A stretch of DNA of 64,000 nt from an uncultured Clostridia bacterium (GCA_944350015.1 CALVNW010000001.1:36761-100760), one strand, 5' to 3'. Shown: positions 1-9,213, counted from the first letter of the stretch. Translations and numbers: made by a program. The notes: generated by a model from the sequence alone, not told the origin.

Positions 1-557
1 TCGGATGTGCAACATCAAGTATAAGACTATCTGAGCTTGGCTCTCAGTCGCCAACAACTGGCTATCACGTCGAGTTTGCCTCGCATAAAAGAGAGTTTTT
101 GGAGGGACTGCAGAAAATTTTAATGCACTTTGAAATTACCTCCAAACTTTCATCGCGCAAAAAAATATTTGTGCTTTATCTTAAGGATAGCGAGGCTATT
201 AAAGATTTGCTAGCTCTTGTAGGTGCCGAGCAAAGTGTGCTTGACCTGTCTGACGAGATGGCAAAGAGAGATTTACGCAATACTGTTAATAGGCAGGTCA
301 ATTGTATCAATGCCAACATCAATAAAACAATAGAGGCAAGTTTGAAACAGATACAAGCCATCAACTTTATCAACAAGAAGATTGGTCTTGACAGTCTCCC
401 TGAGGACTTGCAAGAGGTGGCGGTGCTTAGGCTTGCAAACCCGCAGGAGAGTATGGATGAACTTTTAAAACTTTCAACAATCAAACTTACCAAAAGCGGA
501 CTAAACCATAGATTTAGAAGAATATTAAAGATTGCCGACATATTAAAAGGTGGCTAA
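1..557 (+). CDS. whiA: WhiA-family regulator, C-terminal part (5' end lies outside the window)
   Basis: Frame 3 is open from base 3 to the stop at 555-557. The translation (..GYHVEFASHKREFLEGLQKIL..RNTVNRQVNCINANINKTIEASLKQI..LTKSGLNHRFRRILKIA) matches the conserved WhiA pattern (RN.VNR.VN...AN..KT..A, HR.R.I HTH tail). Confidence 0.85.
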   Translation, partial: GCATSSIRLSELGSQSPTTGYHVEFASHKREFLEGLQKILMHFEITSKLSSRKKIFVLYLKDSEAIKDLLALVGAEQSVLDLSDEMAKRDLRNTVNRQVNCINANINKTIEASLKQIQAINFINKKIGLDSLPEDLQEVAVLRLANPQESMDELLKLSTIKLTKSGLNHRFRRILKIADILKGG

Positions 558-642
558 AATTTAATAAAAACGCCAAAAAATGTAAAAAAATAGCAAAAAT
601 TTACAACTTTAATCAAAATAATTTTACTAAAAGGAGAAAAGA

Positions 643-3600
643 ATGAAAGAATTTGTACACCTACACTTGCACACTGAATTTAGCTTGCTTGACGGACTTG
701 CTAGAATAGATAAACTTGTCGACATCATTAAAGAGCGAGGCTGGAAGTCTGTAGCAATCACAGACCACGGCAATATGTATGGTGTAATAAAATTCTTTGA
801 AGCTTGCGTTTCCAATGGTATTAAACCGATAATAGGAGAGGAGTTTTATATCTGTCACGACAGGCATTCAAGGGCAAACAGAGAGGATATAGGGCATTTA
901 ATTCTTCTTGCCAAGAATAACACGGGCTATCAAAACCTTTTAAAACTTTCATCCTTTGCCTTTTTAGAGGGTATGTATTACAAGCCAAGAATAGACTACG
1001 AACTTTTAGAAAAGTACAGCGAAGGTATAATCTGTCTATCTGCCTGCCTTGCTGGACATATTCCACAATGTATTTTAAAAAGGCAGTATGACGAGGCTGA
1101 TAAGCACGCACTCTGGTATAAGCGGGTGTTTGGCGACGACTTTTATCTTGAGATACAAAATCACAACATACCAGAAGAAAAAGAAGTGCTTTTGAAACTG
1201 ACCGAAATGAGCAAAAGGCTTGATATACCTTTAGTTGCAACCAATGATGTACACTATTTATATAAAGAGGACTATGAGCTTCAAGATGTGCTTATGTGCG
1301 TTCAGCTTGGCAAGACCTATGATGACCCTGACAGAATGAAGTTTGAAACGCAAGAGTTTTATCTTAAGACTTATGAAGAGATGCAAGAGGCGCTCCCGGG
1401 CTATGAGGAGGCGCTTGACAGAACGCTAGAAATTGCAGACAAATGCAATGTTTTTATCAAAACTAAGTCGCTTAGAGAGATAGCAGAGGGTGGCAATGCA
1501 AACGTTCCTAAAGAGGACCAGCTTGGTGCCACAGAAAACTTTATTCCAAAATACATCCCAGACACAGGAGAAAGCTCCTTTGAGTTTTTGTCAAGACTTG
1601 CTTGGGAGGGGCTTGAGCGGAACTATAAAGTTATACCGCAGGAGTATAAGGACAGGCTTCAAATGGAGCTTGACACCATTCATAAACTTGGCTATGTTGA
1701 GTACTTCCTTATAGTTTGGGACTACATAAATTTTGCAAGGCAGAATGATATACCAGTTGGACCAGGAAGAGGTTCGGGCGCAGGTAGTTTAGTTGCTTAC
1801 TGCTCAGGCATTACCCAAGTCGACCCAATGAAGTATGACTTATTCTTTGATAGATTTATCAACCCAGAGCGTGTGTCAATGCCCGACTTCGACGTTGACT
1901 TTTGTATGGATAGACGTAGAGAAGTTATAGAGTATGCAAAACGCAGATACGGCTCAGACCACGTGTCAAATATCGTAACCTTTGGTAATATGCAGGCAAA
2001 AAACGCCATCAAAGACGTTGCAAGGGTGCTACGCTATCCTTATTCAGAAGTGGATAAGATAACAAAGGAGATACCTAATAAACCTGTCAAGAAACCGCCA
2101 GTGCTAAAGTATTATTTTGGACTTACAAGTAAGGACGAAGATAAAACCTATATGATACCAGAGCTTAGGGCAATGTACGACGAGGACATTGAGGTTAAGC
2201 GTGTCATTGATATGGCTGTTAAGCTTGAGGGCGTGCCGAGAAATGTTTCAATGCACGCAGCGGGTGTACTAATTGCTCCAGACCCTGTTTTTGACCACGT
2301 ACCAATGGCAAAGAGTGGCGATGACGAGATTACCCAATTTGATATGAATGAGCTTGAGCATTTAGGCCTATTAAAATTCGACTTTTTGGGGCTTAGAACT
2401 TTAACAGATATTCACGAGGCAATCAAATACATAAAAGAAAATCACGGGGTGGAGATAGACTTTACCAAGATGAGCTATGATGACCCTGCCGTGTTTGAAC
2501 TTATAAGCTCAGGCAATACTGAGGCGGTTTTCCAGCTAGAAAGCGGTGGTATGAAGAAGTTTATGATGGACCTTCAGCCAACCTCACTAGAAGACATCAT
2601 AGCAGGTATTTCGCTATACCGCCCGGGACCTATGGACTTTATTCCAAAGTTTATTAAAGGCAAGCGTGAGCCTGACAAGATTGAGTATGAAGACCCTTGC
2701 CTTATACCTATTTTAAGTACGACCTATGGTTGTATTATCTACCAAGAGCAGGTTATGAAGATATTTCAGGTTATGGCAGGCTTTAGCCTTGGTGGTGCTG
2801 ACAATGTGCGAAGAATTATGTCTAAGAAGAAACCAGAAAAGCTTCCACCAGAAAAGAAAAAGTTTATTTATGGCTGGAAAGACCCCCTTGGACAAAAGAA
2901 AGATATTCCAGGTGCATTAGCTCTTGGGCACGATGAAAAGGTGGCTGAAAAAGTTTTCGACCAAATGGCAAAATTTGCAGGTTACGCTTTCAATAAATCT
3001 CACGCTGCTGCCTATGCTTATGTTTCCTATCAGACAGGGTACTTAAAGGCTCATTATGAGGTTGAATATTTGACAGCCGTGCTAAATAATCGAATAACCA
3101 ATATTGATGCAGTAAAAAAATACACAAACTACGCAAGAAAAGAAGGCTTCAAAATTCTTCCGCCTGATATTAATAAATCGGTCACTCTATTTAAGGTAGA
3201 AGATGGAAATATTCGTTTTGGACTTGGTGCGCTAAGAAATGTAGGTACTGGACTTATAGATAAGATAGTTGAAGAGCGCTCTGCTAATGGTCCATTTAAG
3301 AGTTTTGAAGACTTTGTAAGAAGGGTAAACTCGAATACTCTTAATAAAAAATCGCTTGAAAGTTTAATTTTAAGCGGTGCATTTACTAGTTTTGGCATTT
3401 ACCGCTCTCAGCTTATGGATGTATATCCTACATATTTAGAGATGGTGGCAAACGATAGAAAGTCAAAAGCACAAGGGCAATTTTCTATGTTTGATACCTT
3501 CGAGGAAGTCACTCAAAAGGTTAACAATATAACCTTGCCTAATATTAGAGAGTATAACAAAGACGCGCTTTTAAAATATGAAAAGGCGTTCGTCGGAATT

Positions 3601-4269
3601 TACCTTTCAGGTCATCCGCTCGACGATTATCTAAAGAAGTATGACAGCTTTAATTTTACTTCAGATATGATTGCAGATATGAAGGTTGACCCATCTGAAA
3701 TGCAGAATGATGACTATGAAGAGGGCGGATATAATGGGGACTTTGAAGAGGAAGAAAAGGAGAGTCAAGTCAAAGATGGTCAGCAAGTAACTTGTGGTGG
3801 TATAATCGTGGGCGTCAAAAAGATGAACACAAAATCTGGCAATATGGCAATTCTTACGATAGAGGACATCAATGGTACCTTTGATGTAATGATATTTAAT
3901 AGGGGATATACAAAATATCGTGATTATCTTATAGAAGATAATCTTGTAACCATTAGAGGCAAACTGTCAATAAGAGATGGTAAGTCGCCAGTTGTCATTG
4001 CTGAGGCTATTATTCCTTGGGAGAAGAAGGAAGAAGAGGAGCCAAAACGTGAAAATCAGAAACTCTACCTTAGATTTAACACTCAAAATGAAGAGGTTTA
4101 CAACAATGTAAGAAAAATAACCGCAAGTTATCCTGGGCAAGCACAGGTGATAGTAAAGTGTTCGTCATCAAATAAGGCATTTTCATTTAACACTAAGGTT
4201 GATATAAACAACTATTTAAAAAATGAACTTATTGGCCTTCTTGGCGAAGAAAATGTTATAATAAAGTAG
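643..4269 (+). CDS. dnaE: DNA polymerase III alpha subunit (DnaE type)
   Basis: 1208-aa ORF with SD aaaggag upstream. It has an N-terminal PHP domain (HLHLHTEFSLLDG), polymerase core motifs (PDFDVDF, GLLKFDFLGL, FNKSHAAAYA) and a C-terminal OB-like region. Confidence 0.95.
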   Translation: MKEFVHLHLHTEFSLLDGLARIDKLVDIIKERGWKSVAITDHGNMYGVIKFFEACVSNGIKPIIGEEFYICHDRHSRANREDIGHLILLAKNNTGYQNLLKLSSFAFLEGMYYKPRIDYELLEKYSEGIICLSACLAGHIPQCILKRQYDEADKHALWYKRVFGDDFYLEIQNHNIPEEKEVLLKLTEMSKRLDIPLVATNDVHYLYKEDYELQDVLMCVQLGKTYDDPDRMKFETQEFYLKTYEEMQEALPGYEEALDRTLEIADKCNVFIKTKSLREIAEGGNANVPKEDQLGATENFIPKYIPDTGESSFEFLSRLAWEGLERNYKVIPQEYKDRLQMELDTIHKLGYVEYFLIVWDYINFARQNDIPVGPGRGSGAGSLVAYCSGITQVDPMKYDLFFDRFINPERVSMPDFDVDFCMDRRREVIEYAKRRYGSDHVSNIVTFGNMQAKNAIKDVARVLRYPYSEVDKITKEIPNKPVKKPPVLKYYFGLTSKDEDKTYMIPELRAMYDEDIEVKRVIDMAVKLEGVPRNVSMHAAGVLIAPDPVFDHVPMAKSGDDEITQFDMNELEHLGLLKFDFLGLRTLTDIHEAIKYIKENHGVEIDFTKMSYDDPAVFELISSGNTEAVFQLESGGMKKFMMDLQPTSLEDIIAGISLYRPGPMDFIPKFIKGKREPDKIEYEDPCLIPILSTTYGCIIYQEQVMKIFQVMAGFSLGGADNVRRIMSKKKPEKLPPEKKKFIYGWKDPLGQKKDIPGALALGHDEKVAEKVFDQMAKFAGYAFNKSHAAAYAYVSYQTGYLKAHYEVEYLTAVLNNRITNIDAVKKYTNYARKEGFKILPPDINKSVTLFKVEDGNIRFGLGALRNVGTGLIDKIVEERSANGPFKSFEDFVRRVNSNTLNKKSLESLILSGAFTSFGIYRSQLMDVYPTYLEMVANDRKSKAQGQFSMFDTFEEVTQKVNNITLPNIREYNKDALLKYEKAFVGIYLSGHPLDDYLKKYDSFNFTSDMIADMKVDPSEMQNDDYEEGGYNGDFEEEEKESQVKDGQQVTCGGIIVGVKKMNTKSGNMAILTIEDINGTFDVMIFNRGYTKYRDYLIEDNLVTIRGKLSIRDGKSPVVIAEAIIPWEKKEEEEPKRENQKLYLRFNTQNEEVYNNVRKITASYPGQAQVIVKCSSSNKAFSFNTKVDINNYLKNELIGLLGEENVIIK

Positions 4270-4277
4270 GAGAAAAT

Positions 4278-5186
4278 ATGAGGGTTTTAGTTTTAACAAG
4301 TGGCGGAGATGCCCCAGGAATGAATATGGCGCTTGCCACACTATATAAAAAATACAGAAAGAACTTGTTTGCCTGTCGCGCTGGATTTAGAGGACTTATC
4401 AATGGAGATATTCTTCCAATGTCTGAGTTTGACGTTTTGAAACAGGCAAGAAAGGCGGGAAGCGTAATAAAGTCGTCAAGATGCCCTGAATTTAAATCAC
4501 CAGAAGGGTTTTCTAAAGCGCTTGAAAACGCAAAAAAATATGACGTTGTAATTGTGCTTGGTGGCAATGGTTCATATAAGGGATGCTGTGAACTTGCCCA
4601 GAACGGCGTTAGAACGGTGTTTATACCTGCTACAATTGATAATGACGTGATGTGCAGTGACTATAGTTTGGGTTACCATACGGCAGTGCAAGCCTGCATA
4701 AATACTATTAAAAACGTTATGCCATCAATGGAGGCACTAAATCGAAGTTGTATTTTTGAGGTGATGGGTAGGTTCTGTCCGAGAATTGCTAAGAGCGTCA
4801 ACCGTAGCTATCAATGCGATTATCTGATAACCGATAAAAAAGATATAAAATACAAAGAAATGGCTAAGATTTTAAAGGAAAAGCACTCAAAATGGCAATC
4901 TTGCGTTGTCGTCCTTAAAGAAAATATAATCAAGCCTAATACAATCATCAGAAATTTAAACAAGCTAGAACCTGATATTGAAGTGAAGAGTGTTACTGTT
5001 GGGTATCTTCAACGCGGTAGCAAGCCAACACTTATTGAACTTGAGTATGCTCGCAAATTTGCCTCACTTGCAATAGCATATATAAAAAAATGTGATAACT
5101 CATTTGCACTTGCATACAAAGACAATGGGTTTGAAATAATATTAAGAAATGAGGATGGCAAATTTTTAAACAAAAAATTAAAATAG
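4278..5186 (+). CDS. pfkA: 6-phosphofructokinase (divergent)
   Basis: 302-aa ORF with SD aggag. Motifs are TSGGDAPGMN, PATIDND and EVMGR. The GGDGS motif is GGNGS here. The dnaE-pfkA synteny is typical of Bacillota. Confidence 0.8.
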   Translation: MRVLVLTSGGDAPGMNMALATLYKKYRKNLFACRAGFRGLINGDILPMSEFDVLKQARKAGSVIKSSRCPEFKSPEGFSKALENAKKYDVVIVLGGNGSYKGCCELAQNGVRTVFIPATIDNDVMCSDYSLGYHTAVQACINTIKNVMPSMEALNRSCIFEVMGRFCPRIAKSVNRSYQCDYLITDKKDIKYKEMAKILKEKHSKWQSCVVVLKENIIKPNTIIRNLNKLEPDIEVKSVTVGYLQRGSKPTLIELEYARKFASLAIAYIKKCDNSFALAYKDNGFEIILRNEDGKFLNKKLK

Positions 5187-5189
5187 GAC

Positions 5190-5230
5190 AAGATGTCTTT
5201 AAATAAATCTTTAAAGACATCTTTAAAATT
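5190..5230 (+). terminator. Rho-independent terminator after pfkA
   Basis: Perfect 14-bp stem aagatgtctttaaa / tttaaagacatctt (5190-5203 / 5210-5223) with a 6-nt loop, followed by a T-rich tract. Confidence 0.7.
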
Positions 5231-5477
5231 GTTTGGTTTTTATGTAAAATCATCATAAAAATAGATTTTTTGCGAATTTTTAGTAATTTTTTTATAGATA
5301 AACTTCTAATTATAAACAAAACACAAAATATTGTTATAAAAAGTAATCATTAGATTACCTGAAAAATATATAACCTGAAATAATAGGGGAGATAGGAGAA
5401 TTTTTTTATAAGGCTATTGTTCTTAATGGCTTAGCTCCACTTTGTAGTAAAAATTTTTATTATTTTGTATAAAATTC

Positions 5478-5506
5478 TTGACTTTTATTTGCTATTATGC
5501 TATGCT
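5478..5506 (+). promoter_or_regulatory. Sigma-A type promoter of the tRNA cluster
   Basis: TTGACT (5478-5483), a 17-nt spacer, then TATGCT (5501-5506), about 17 nt upstream of the first tRNA. Confidence 0.55.
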
Positions 5507-5522
5507 TTTATAGTCAACATCT

Positions 5523-5596
5523 GCAGGTGTAGTTCAGTGGTAGAACACTAGCCTTCCAAGCTGGTTGCGAGGGTCCGATTCCCTTCACCTGCTCCA
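5523..5596 (+). tRNA. tRNA-Gly(TCC)
   Basis: Acceptor stem gcaggtg/cacctgc, anticodon loop cTTCCaa, T-loop ggtccgattccc, encoded CCA end. Confidence 0.9.
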
Positions 5597-5600
5597 CTTT

Positions 5601-5677
<77 letters not shown>

Positions 5678-5684
5678 ATATTAT

Positions 5685-5761
5685 GGTGGTCTTAGTTCAG
5701 TTGGCAGAACGCCAGATTGTGGCTCTGGAGGTCAAGGGTTCGACTCCCTTAGACCACCCCA
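5685..5761 (+). tRNA. tRNA-His(GTG)
   Basis: 8-bp acceptor stem including the His-specific G-1 (ggtggtct/agaccacc), anticodon stem ccaga/tctgg with loop tTGTGgc, T-arm aagggttcgactccctt, encoded CCA. Confidence 0.9.
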
Positions 5762-5774
5762 TAATTATTTACAT

Positions 5775-5850
5775 TGGGGTGTCGCCAAGTGGTAAGGCAT
5801 TGGATTCTGACTCCAACACTGCGTAGGTTCGAGTCCTACCACCCCAGCCA
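5775..5850 (+). tRNA. tRNA-Gln(CTG)
   Basis: U1-A72 acceptor stem tggggtg/cacccca, anticodon stem ttgga/tccaa with loop tTCTGac, T-arm gtaggttcgagtcctac, encoded CCA. Confidence 0.9.
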
Positions 5851-5887
5851 TAATGTTAAGGAATGTTTACTATAATGACACAATTAT

Positions 5888-5962
5888 TGGGGTGTCGCCA
5901 AGTGGTAAGGCACAAGATTTTGATTCTTGCATTCGTAGGTTCAAATCCTGCCACCCCAGCCA
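5888..5962 (+). tRNA. tRNA-Gln(TTG)
   Basis: Same acceptor and D arm as the previous tRNA. Anticodon stem caaga/tcttg with loop tTTTGat, encoded CCA. Confidence 0.9.
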
Positions 5963-6120
5963 AAAGTTTTCGCCAAATGTGAAAACTTAAAACAATATTT
6001 TTAAATGCACTATTAATTTAGATATATGACTAAAAAATGCTTATAAAACGATTATATAAGTGAATTTTGGCGATAATATCGATAAATTAGGTTAATGCAA
6101 GTTAAAAATGATAAAATCTC

Positions 6121-6196
6121 GGTCTACTAGCTCAGTCGGTAGAGCACTTGACTTTTAATCAAGGGGTCCCGGGTTCGAATCCCGGGTAGGCCACCA
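6121..6196 (+). tRNA. tRNA-Lys(TTT), integration target of the mobile element
   Basis: Acceptor stem ggtctac/gtaggcc, anticodon stem cttga/tcaag with loop cTTTTaa, T-arm cccgggttcgaatcccggg, encoded CCA. Its 3' 45 nt are duplicated at 20274-20318. Confidence 0.92.
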
Positions 6197-6296
6197 AAAA
6201 ATTGCCCGTAAGGGCATTTTTTTGTTGCCCTGGGATTTGCTTGGACTCTGTCCAAGCGATTGCTCCGCAATCTTTAGCCCTGGGACGTCCCGGTCG
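6152..6296 (+). repeat. attL: 145-bp direct repeat (3' part of tRNA-Lys, terminator and GC-rich hairpins)
   Basis: 6152-6296 aligns base for base with 20274-20418 at a constant offset of 14122. There are only 3 mismatches (6247, 6248, 6269). The repeat begins in the anticodon loop of tRNA-Lys. Confidence 0.9.
6203..6223 (+). terminator. Rho-independent terminator after tRNA-Lys
   Basis: Stem tgccc / gggca with loop gtaa, followed by T7. An identical copy lies at 20325-20345. Confidence 0.7.
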
Positions 6297-6462
6297 AAAC
6301 TCCGCTTAGTTTACAAAAAATAAAAAAAATTTAGGAGTTTGGCCATTCGTCTTTCTTCCAAGCAAGATACTTTATATTGTGTGTTACGGTAGATATCATC
6401 ACTAAATATGCAGGTGGTGTTTTTTGTTAATAAAATTTTGCTAAAAATGTGGGGTCATTTCC

Positions 6463-7431
6463 TTAAAAAATGGGGTACAAATCGCCATATAAGTTTAATA
6501 TATCTTGCTTTGTGATGGTTGGGTCCAGGTGCGTGTAGATGTCATTTGTAACCACAATTGAGCTGTGCCCTAGATATTGCTTTCGAGCGTTATCATCGAC
6601 GCCTAAGTAGTAGAGGTTGGTAGCGAAGGTGTGCCTCAACATATGTGTAGAGCCTTTTATGCCTATTTTTTGAAAAAACTCTCTCATCTTAGCTTTGATT
6701 GTGTCGGCTTGACAGTTAAAGATTGGCTCCTGGTAGCTTAGTAATATTTGTTGATATTTGTCTGATATTTTTACCCATCTAATAGCATTGCTTGTTTTAG
6801 TTCCCTCTATTAGCACATAATTATTTTTGATATTTGATTTTTTGATGCTCTTTAGTTCGGATAACCTTGCGCCAAGCATAAGGTATGCCAAAATGTATTT
6901 AGAAACTGTATTGTTGCTTAAGTTGCTGAGGATGAGCTTTTGCTCCTCGATAGTAAAGCCAACACGTTTTTTTCGTTCCACTTTGCCTTTCACTAAAAAT
7001 TGGCTAACATCTTTTTTGACCAGGTCAAGTTCTAGAGCCTTTCTAAATATTTGCTTTAAAGTTTGGTATGCAAGCTCTTTGGTTCTTGTCTTGCCTTCAC
7101 TGTTTAGGTACTCTTGAAGTTTAGTTGTGGTTATCTCTACTAATTTGCCTTTTATATTTACAAGATGATGATTGACAATGTTGCTGTACACCTTAAAAGT
7201 ATCCTCACTTACTTCGGGTTTCTTGTATTTTTCTAGCCACAACTGCGCAAATCCAAAAAAGTTGACTATTGCGTGGCGCTCTTCAATTTTTGCATTTTTA
7301 AAAGACTGTTTAAGATTTTTAACTTTTTCATAACACTCTTTTTGCGTTTTTCCATAGACAGAATATCTCTGTCCGTTTAAACTAAGACGGCCTTCCCAGC
7401 GACCGTCTTTTCTTTTTCTAATTCCTTTCAT
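6463..7431 (-). CDS. int: Tyrosine recombinase (phage integrase family)
   Basis: ATG at 7431 preceded by ggaggagaaaaga. The N-terminus MKGIRKRKDGRWEGR is a typical arm-binding start. C-terminal catalytic residues are present (..GARLSEL.., HMLRHTFATNL, LGHSSIVVTNDIYTH). The longer ORF to 7611 starts at a TTG without an SD. Confidence 0.9.
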   Translation of the reverse strand: MKGIRKRKDGRWEGRLSLNGQRYSVYGKTQKECYEKVKNLKQSFKNAKIEERHAIVNFFGFAQLWLEKYKKPEVSEDTFKVYSNIVNHHLVNIKGKLVEITTTKLQEYLNSEGKTRTKELAYQTLKQIFRKALELDLVKKDVSQFLVKGKVERKKRVGFTIEEQKLILSNLSNNTVSKYILAYLMLGARLSELKSIKKSNIKNNYVLIEGTKTSNAIRWVKISDKYQQILLSYQEPIFNCQADTIKAKMREFFQKIGIKGSTHMLRHTFATNLYYLGVDDNARKQYLGHSSIVVTNDIYTHLDPTITKQDILNLYGDLYPIF

Positions 7432-7644
7432 CTTTTCTCCTCCTTGTTCAGGGGAAGAGAGATTTTTGCCATTAATTACTACGAAATTGTTGCGTTTAAA
7501 TTTATATATTTCTTCTTCAGCCTCGGAATAGCCGATAAGCACTAAAAGCTTTTTCCTTGCAAGCTGTGCATTATCAGCCGTGATTGTAGTAAGTGTTAAC
7601 AGCTCATCCAAAGTTTTTTATATTTTCCATTTTTAAAATTCCTT

Positions 7645-7989
7645 TTATTTAATTTTTTGTAATACTTCATCAATAGGCTTGTTTGCAAGCTTGGCTACAA
7701 AGCCTAAAGCAATTAACGTAGAATCATCATCCAAGTCTTTAATCAAATTGATAAGTTCCTTCTTTTTCTCTGACAAACTGTCAGCAAAAATTAGGTTTTT
7801 GTTTTGCCGGCCGCATAGGTAATCAAGGGATACGTCAAAGTAATCAGCGAGTGCGATTAATGTTTTAATATCAGGTTCCGCCACACCATATTCGTAACTT
7901 TGGTAAGTTGAACGAGCTATTGATAATTTGTTAGCGATATCACTTTGTTTGGCTTTATTTTCTTTTCTTAAAGTTTTTAGATTTAACAT
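7645..7989 (-). CDS. XRE/cI-type HTH repressor
   Basis: 114 aa with SD aggaggtagag. The HTH_3 pattern is QSDIANKLSIARSTYQSYEYGVAEPDIKTLIALADYFDVSLDYL. It is divergent from the rightward operon. Confidence 0.85.
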   Translation of the reverse strand: MLNLKTLRKENKAKQSDIANKLSIARSTYQSYEYGVAEPDIKTLIALADYFDVSLDYLCGRQNKNLIFADSLSEKKKELINLIKDLDDDSTLIALGFVAKLANKPIDEVLQKIK

Positions 7990-8031
7990 CTCTACCTCCT
8001 AATTTTATTTTAATATTTTTTATAAAAAAAC

Positions 8032-8106
8032 AAAAAACTTGGCAAAAATACTTGACAATGCCAAAAAATATGTGCTATATATCAAATATAAGCCAAAAAA
8101 CTTGGC
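8032..8106. promoter_or_regulatory. Divergent switch region with rightward promoter and TTGGC/GCCAA operator-like repeats
   Basis: TTGACA (8052-8057), an 18-nt spacer, then TGcTATATA (8073-8081). aaaaaacttggc occurs at 8032-8043 and 8095-8106. gccaaaaaa occurs at 8060-8068 and 8092-8100. Together these give inverted TTGGC/GCCAA pairs around the -35 and downstream of the -10. Confidence 0.6.
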
Positions 8107-8123
8107 TTAACAGGGAGGTAAAT

Positions 8124-8351
8124 ATGTCAAATTACAGAACAGTACTCGAAATTGCAGAACAAATTCCAATCAGTCGGGATGGAAGTGTTAAATTGCCGGG
8201 TGTTAAGAGGGTTTGGGAATTGCTTGATGGCATCGAGAATGTAACACTAGGGATGTATTTAAGCTATATGGTTGGATACTATGGAGAGCATAAGAGGGCA
8301 TTAAGAAGAGGCAAAATCAATATAAACATTCGCGATGTTGTTGGTGAATAA
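8124..8351 (+). CDS. Hypothetical protein in the Cro position (75 aa)
   Basis: ATG at 8124 preceded by agggagg. It is the first gene of the rightward transcript opposite the repressor. No motif recognised. Confidence 0.55.
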   Translation: MSNYRTVLEIAEQIPISRDGSVKLPGVKRVWELLDGIENVTLGMYLSYMVGYYGEHKRALRRGKININIRDVVGE

Positions 8352-8380
8352 AAAAAATCACCCCGAAGGGTGATTAAAAA
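8351..8380. terminator. Hairpin terminator between convergent genes
   Basis: Stem tcaccc / gggtga with loop cgaa, flanked by A7 on the left and ttaaaaa on the right. The T-run is strong on the minus strand. Confidence 0.65.
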
Positions 8381-8725
8381 CTACTTTTTCTTTTTGGGTT
8401 TAGATTTTGTAGTTTTTTGAGATTTGCTGGATGCTTGCCTATTTGCAATAGCAACTTGACTGTCATTCAATCCAGTTTTCTTAGTGTTGCCAGAGCCTAC
8501 ATTAACGGTGTTGTATCTTGTGGAGTTATCGACAGTTGGTTTCATAGATGTATTATAACGTTTTTGCCTATTTTCTCTAATTCCAACACTCTTTAAGTGT
8601 TTTTCTAGTTCTGCTTGTTCCTTTTTAGGACGTTTAACTTCATTTTTAATATCTTCAACTCTTTGCCTCTCAACATTCAGTTTCCCCGCATTTCTGTCTG
8701 CAATAAAGTTTTTTATAAATCCCAT
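8381..8725 (-). CDS. Hypothetical basic protein (114 aa)
   Basis: ATG at 8725 preceded by aaaggagagaaat. Lysine-rich C-terminus (..KSQKTTKSKPKKKK). No motif recognised. Confidence 0.55.
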   Translation of the reverse strand: MGFIKNFIADRNAGKLNVERQRVEDIKNEVKRPKKEQAELEKHLKSVGIRENRQKRYNTSMKPTVDNSTRYNTVNVGSGNTKKTGLNDSQVAIANRQASSKSQKTTKSKPKKKK

Positions 8726-8913
8726 ATTTCTCTCCTTTGTAAATTTTTGATAGCATAAAGTAATCGACATACTGTTTGGCTATCAAATTAGTATAACATA
8801 AAATTTGGGTTTTTTCATATTTTCGACAATATTTGCAAAATAGCCCTGATGAGTCTTTGTAAATTAAGACGAAACACTTTAAGGTGTCGGCTATACGCCA
8901 ATGGAGGTTAAAA

Positions 8914-9036
8914 ATGAATAGTATTAAAAAATACACACAATGGTGCAAGGATAACGGCTATAAACCGAGTGACGGGAAGGCTATACTTGCCTATGACATT
9001 TACAGAAACTTTAAGCCAAGAGGATTGTTAGGATGA
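8914..9036 (+). CDS. Small ORF (40 aa), hypothetical
   Basis: ATG at 8914 preceded by ggaggttaaaa. Translation MNSIKKYTQWCKDNGYKPSDGKAILAYDIYRNFKPRGLLG, followed by hairpin aagccaagag/ctcttggctt. It is below the 60-aa cutoff of the ORF track. Confidence 0.35.
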   Translation: MNSIKKYTQWCKDNGYKPSDGKAILAYDIYRNFKPRGLLG

Positions 9037-9185
9037 CAGCGTCATCTTCTCTTGGCTTTTATTGTGTGCGCTGGCGCGCTAACGGTCAAACGCAATCAGT
9101 ATTTACAAGAAATTTTGTAAACGCGATGAACGTTTACCTAAAAGCCAAGACAAAACACATTCAGCTAATTTATTTCCCGGCTTTC

Positions 9186-9213
9186 GGAAGCCAGGTGTCA
9201 AGTATTAGGAGGT
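9186..9213 (+). repeat. 28-bp leader repeat, copy 1 (ggaagccaggtgtcaagtattaggaggt)
   Basis: Identical 28-mer at 9186-9213 and 9487-9514. Each ends in the SD (aggagg) of the next gene. Confidence 0.85.

Noticed and set aside
7432-7611. 60-codon N-terminal extension of the integrase ORF.
   Set aside because: It starts at a TTG without an SD. ATG 7431 has a perfect ggagg SD and yields the canonical MKGIRKRKDGRWEGR integrase N-terminus.
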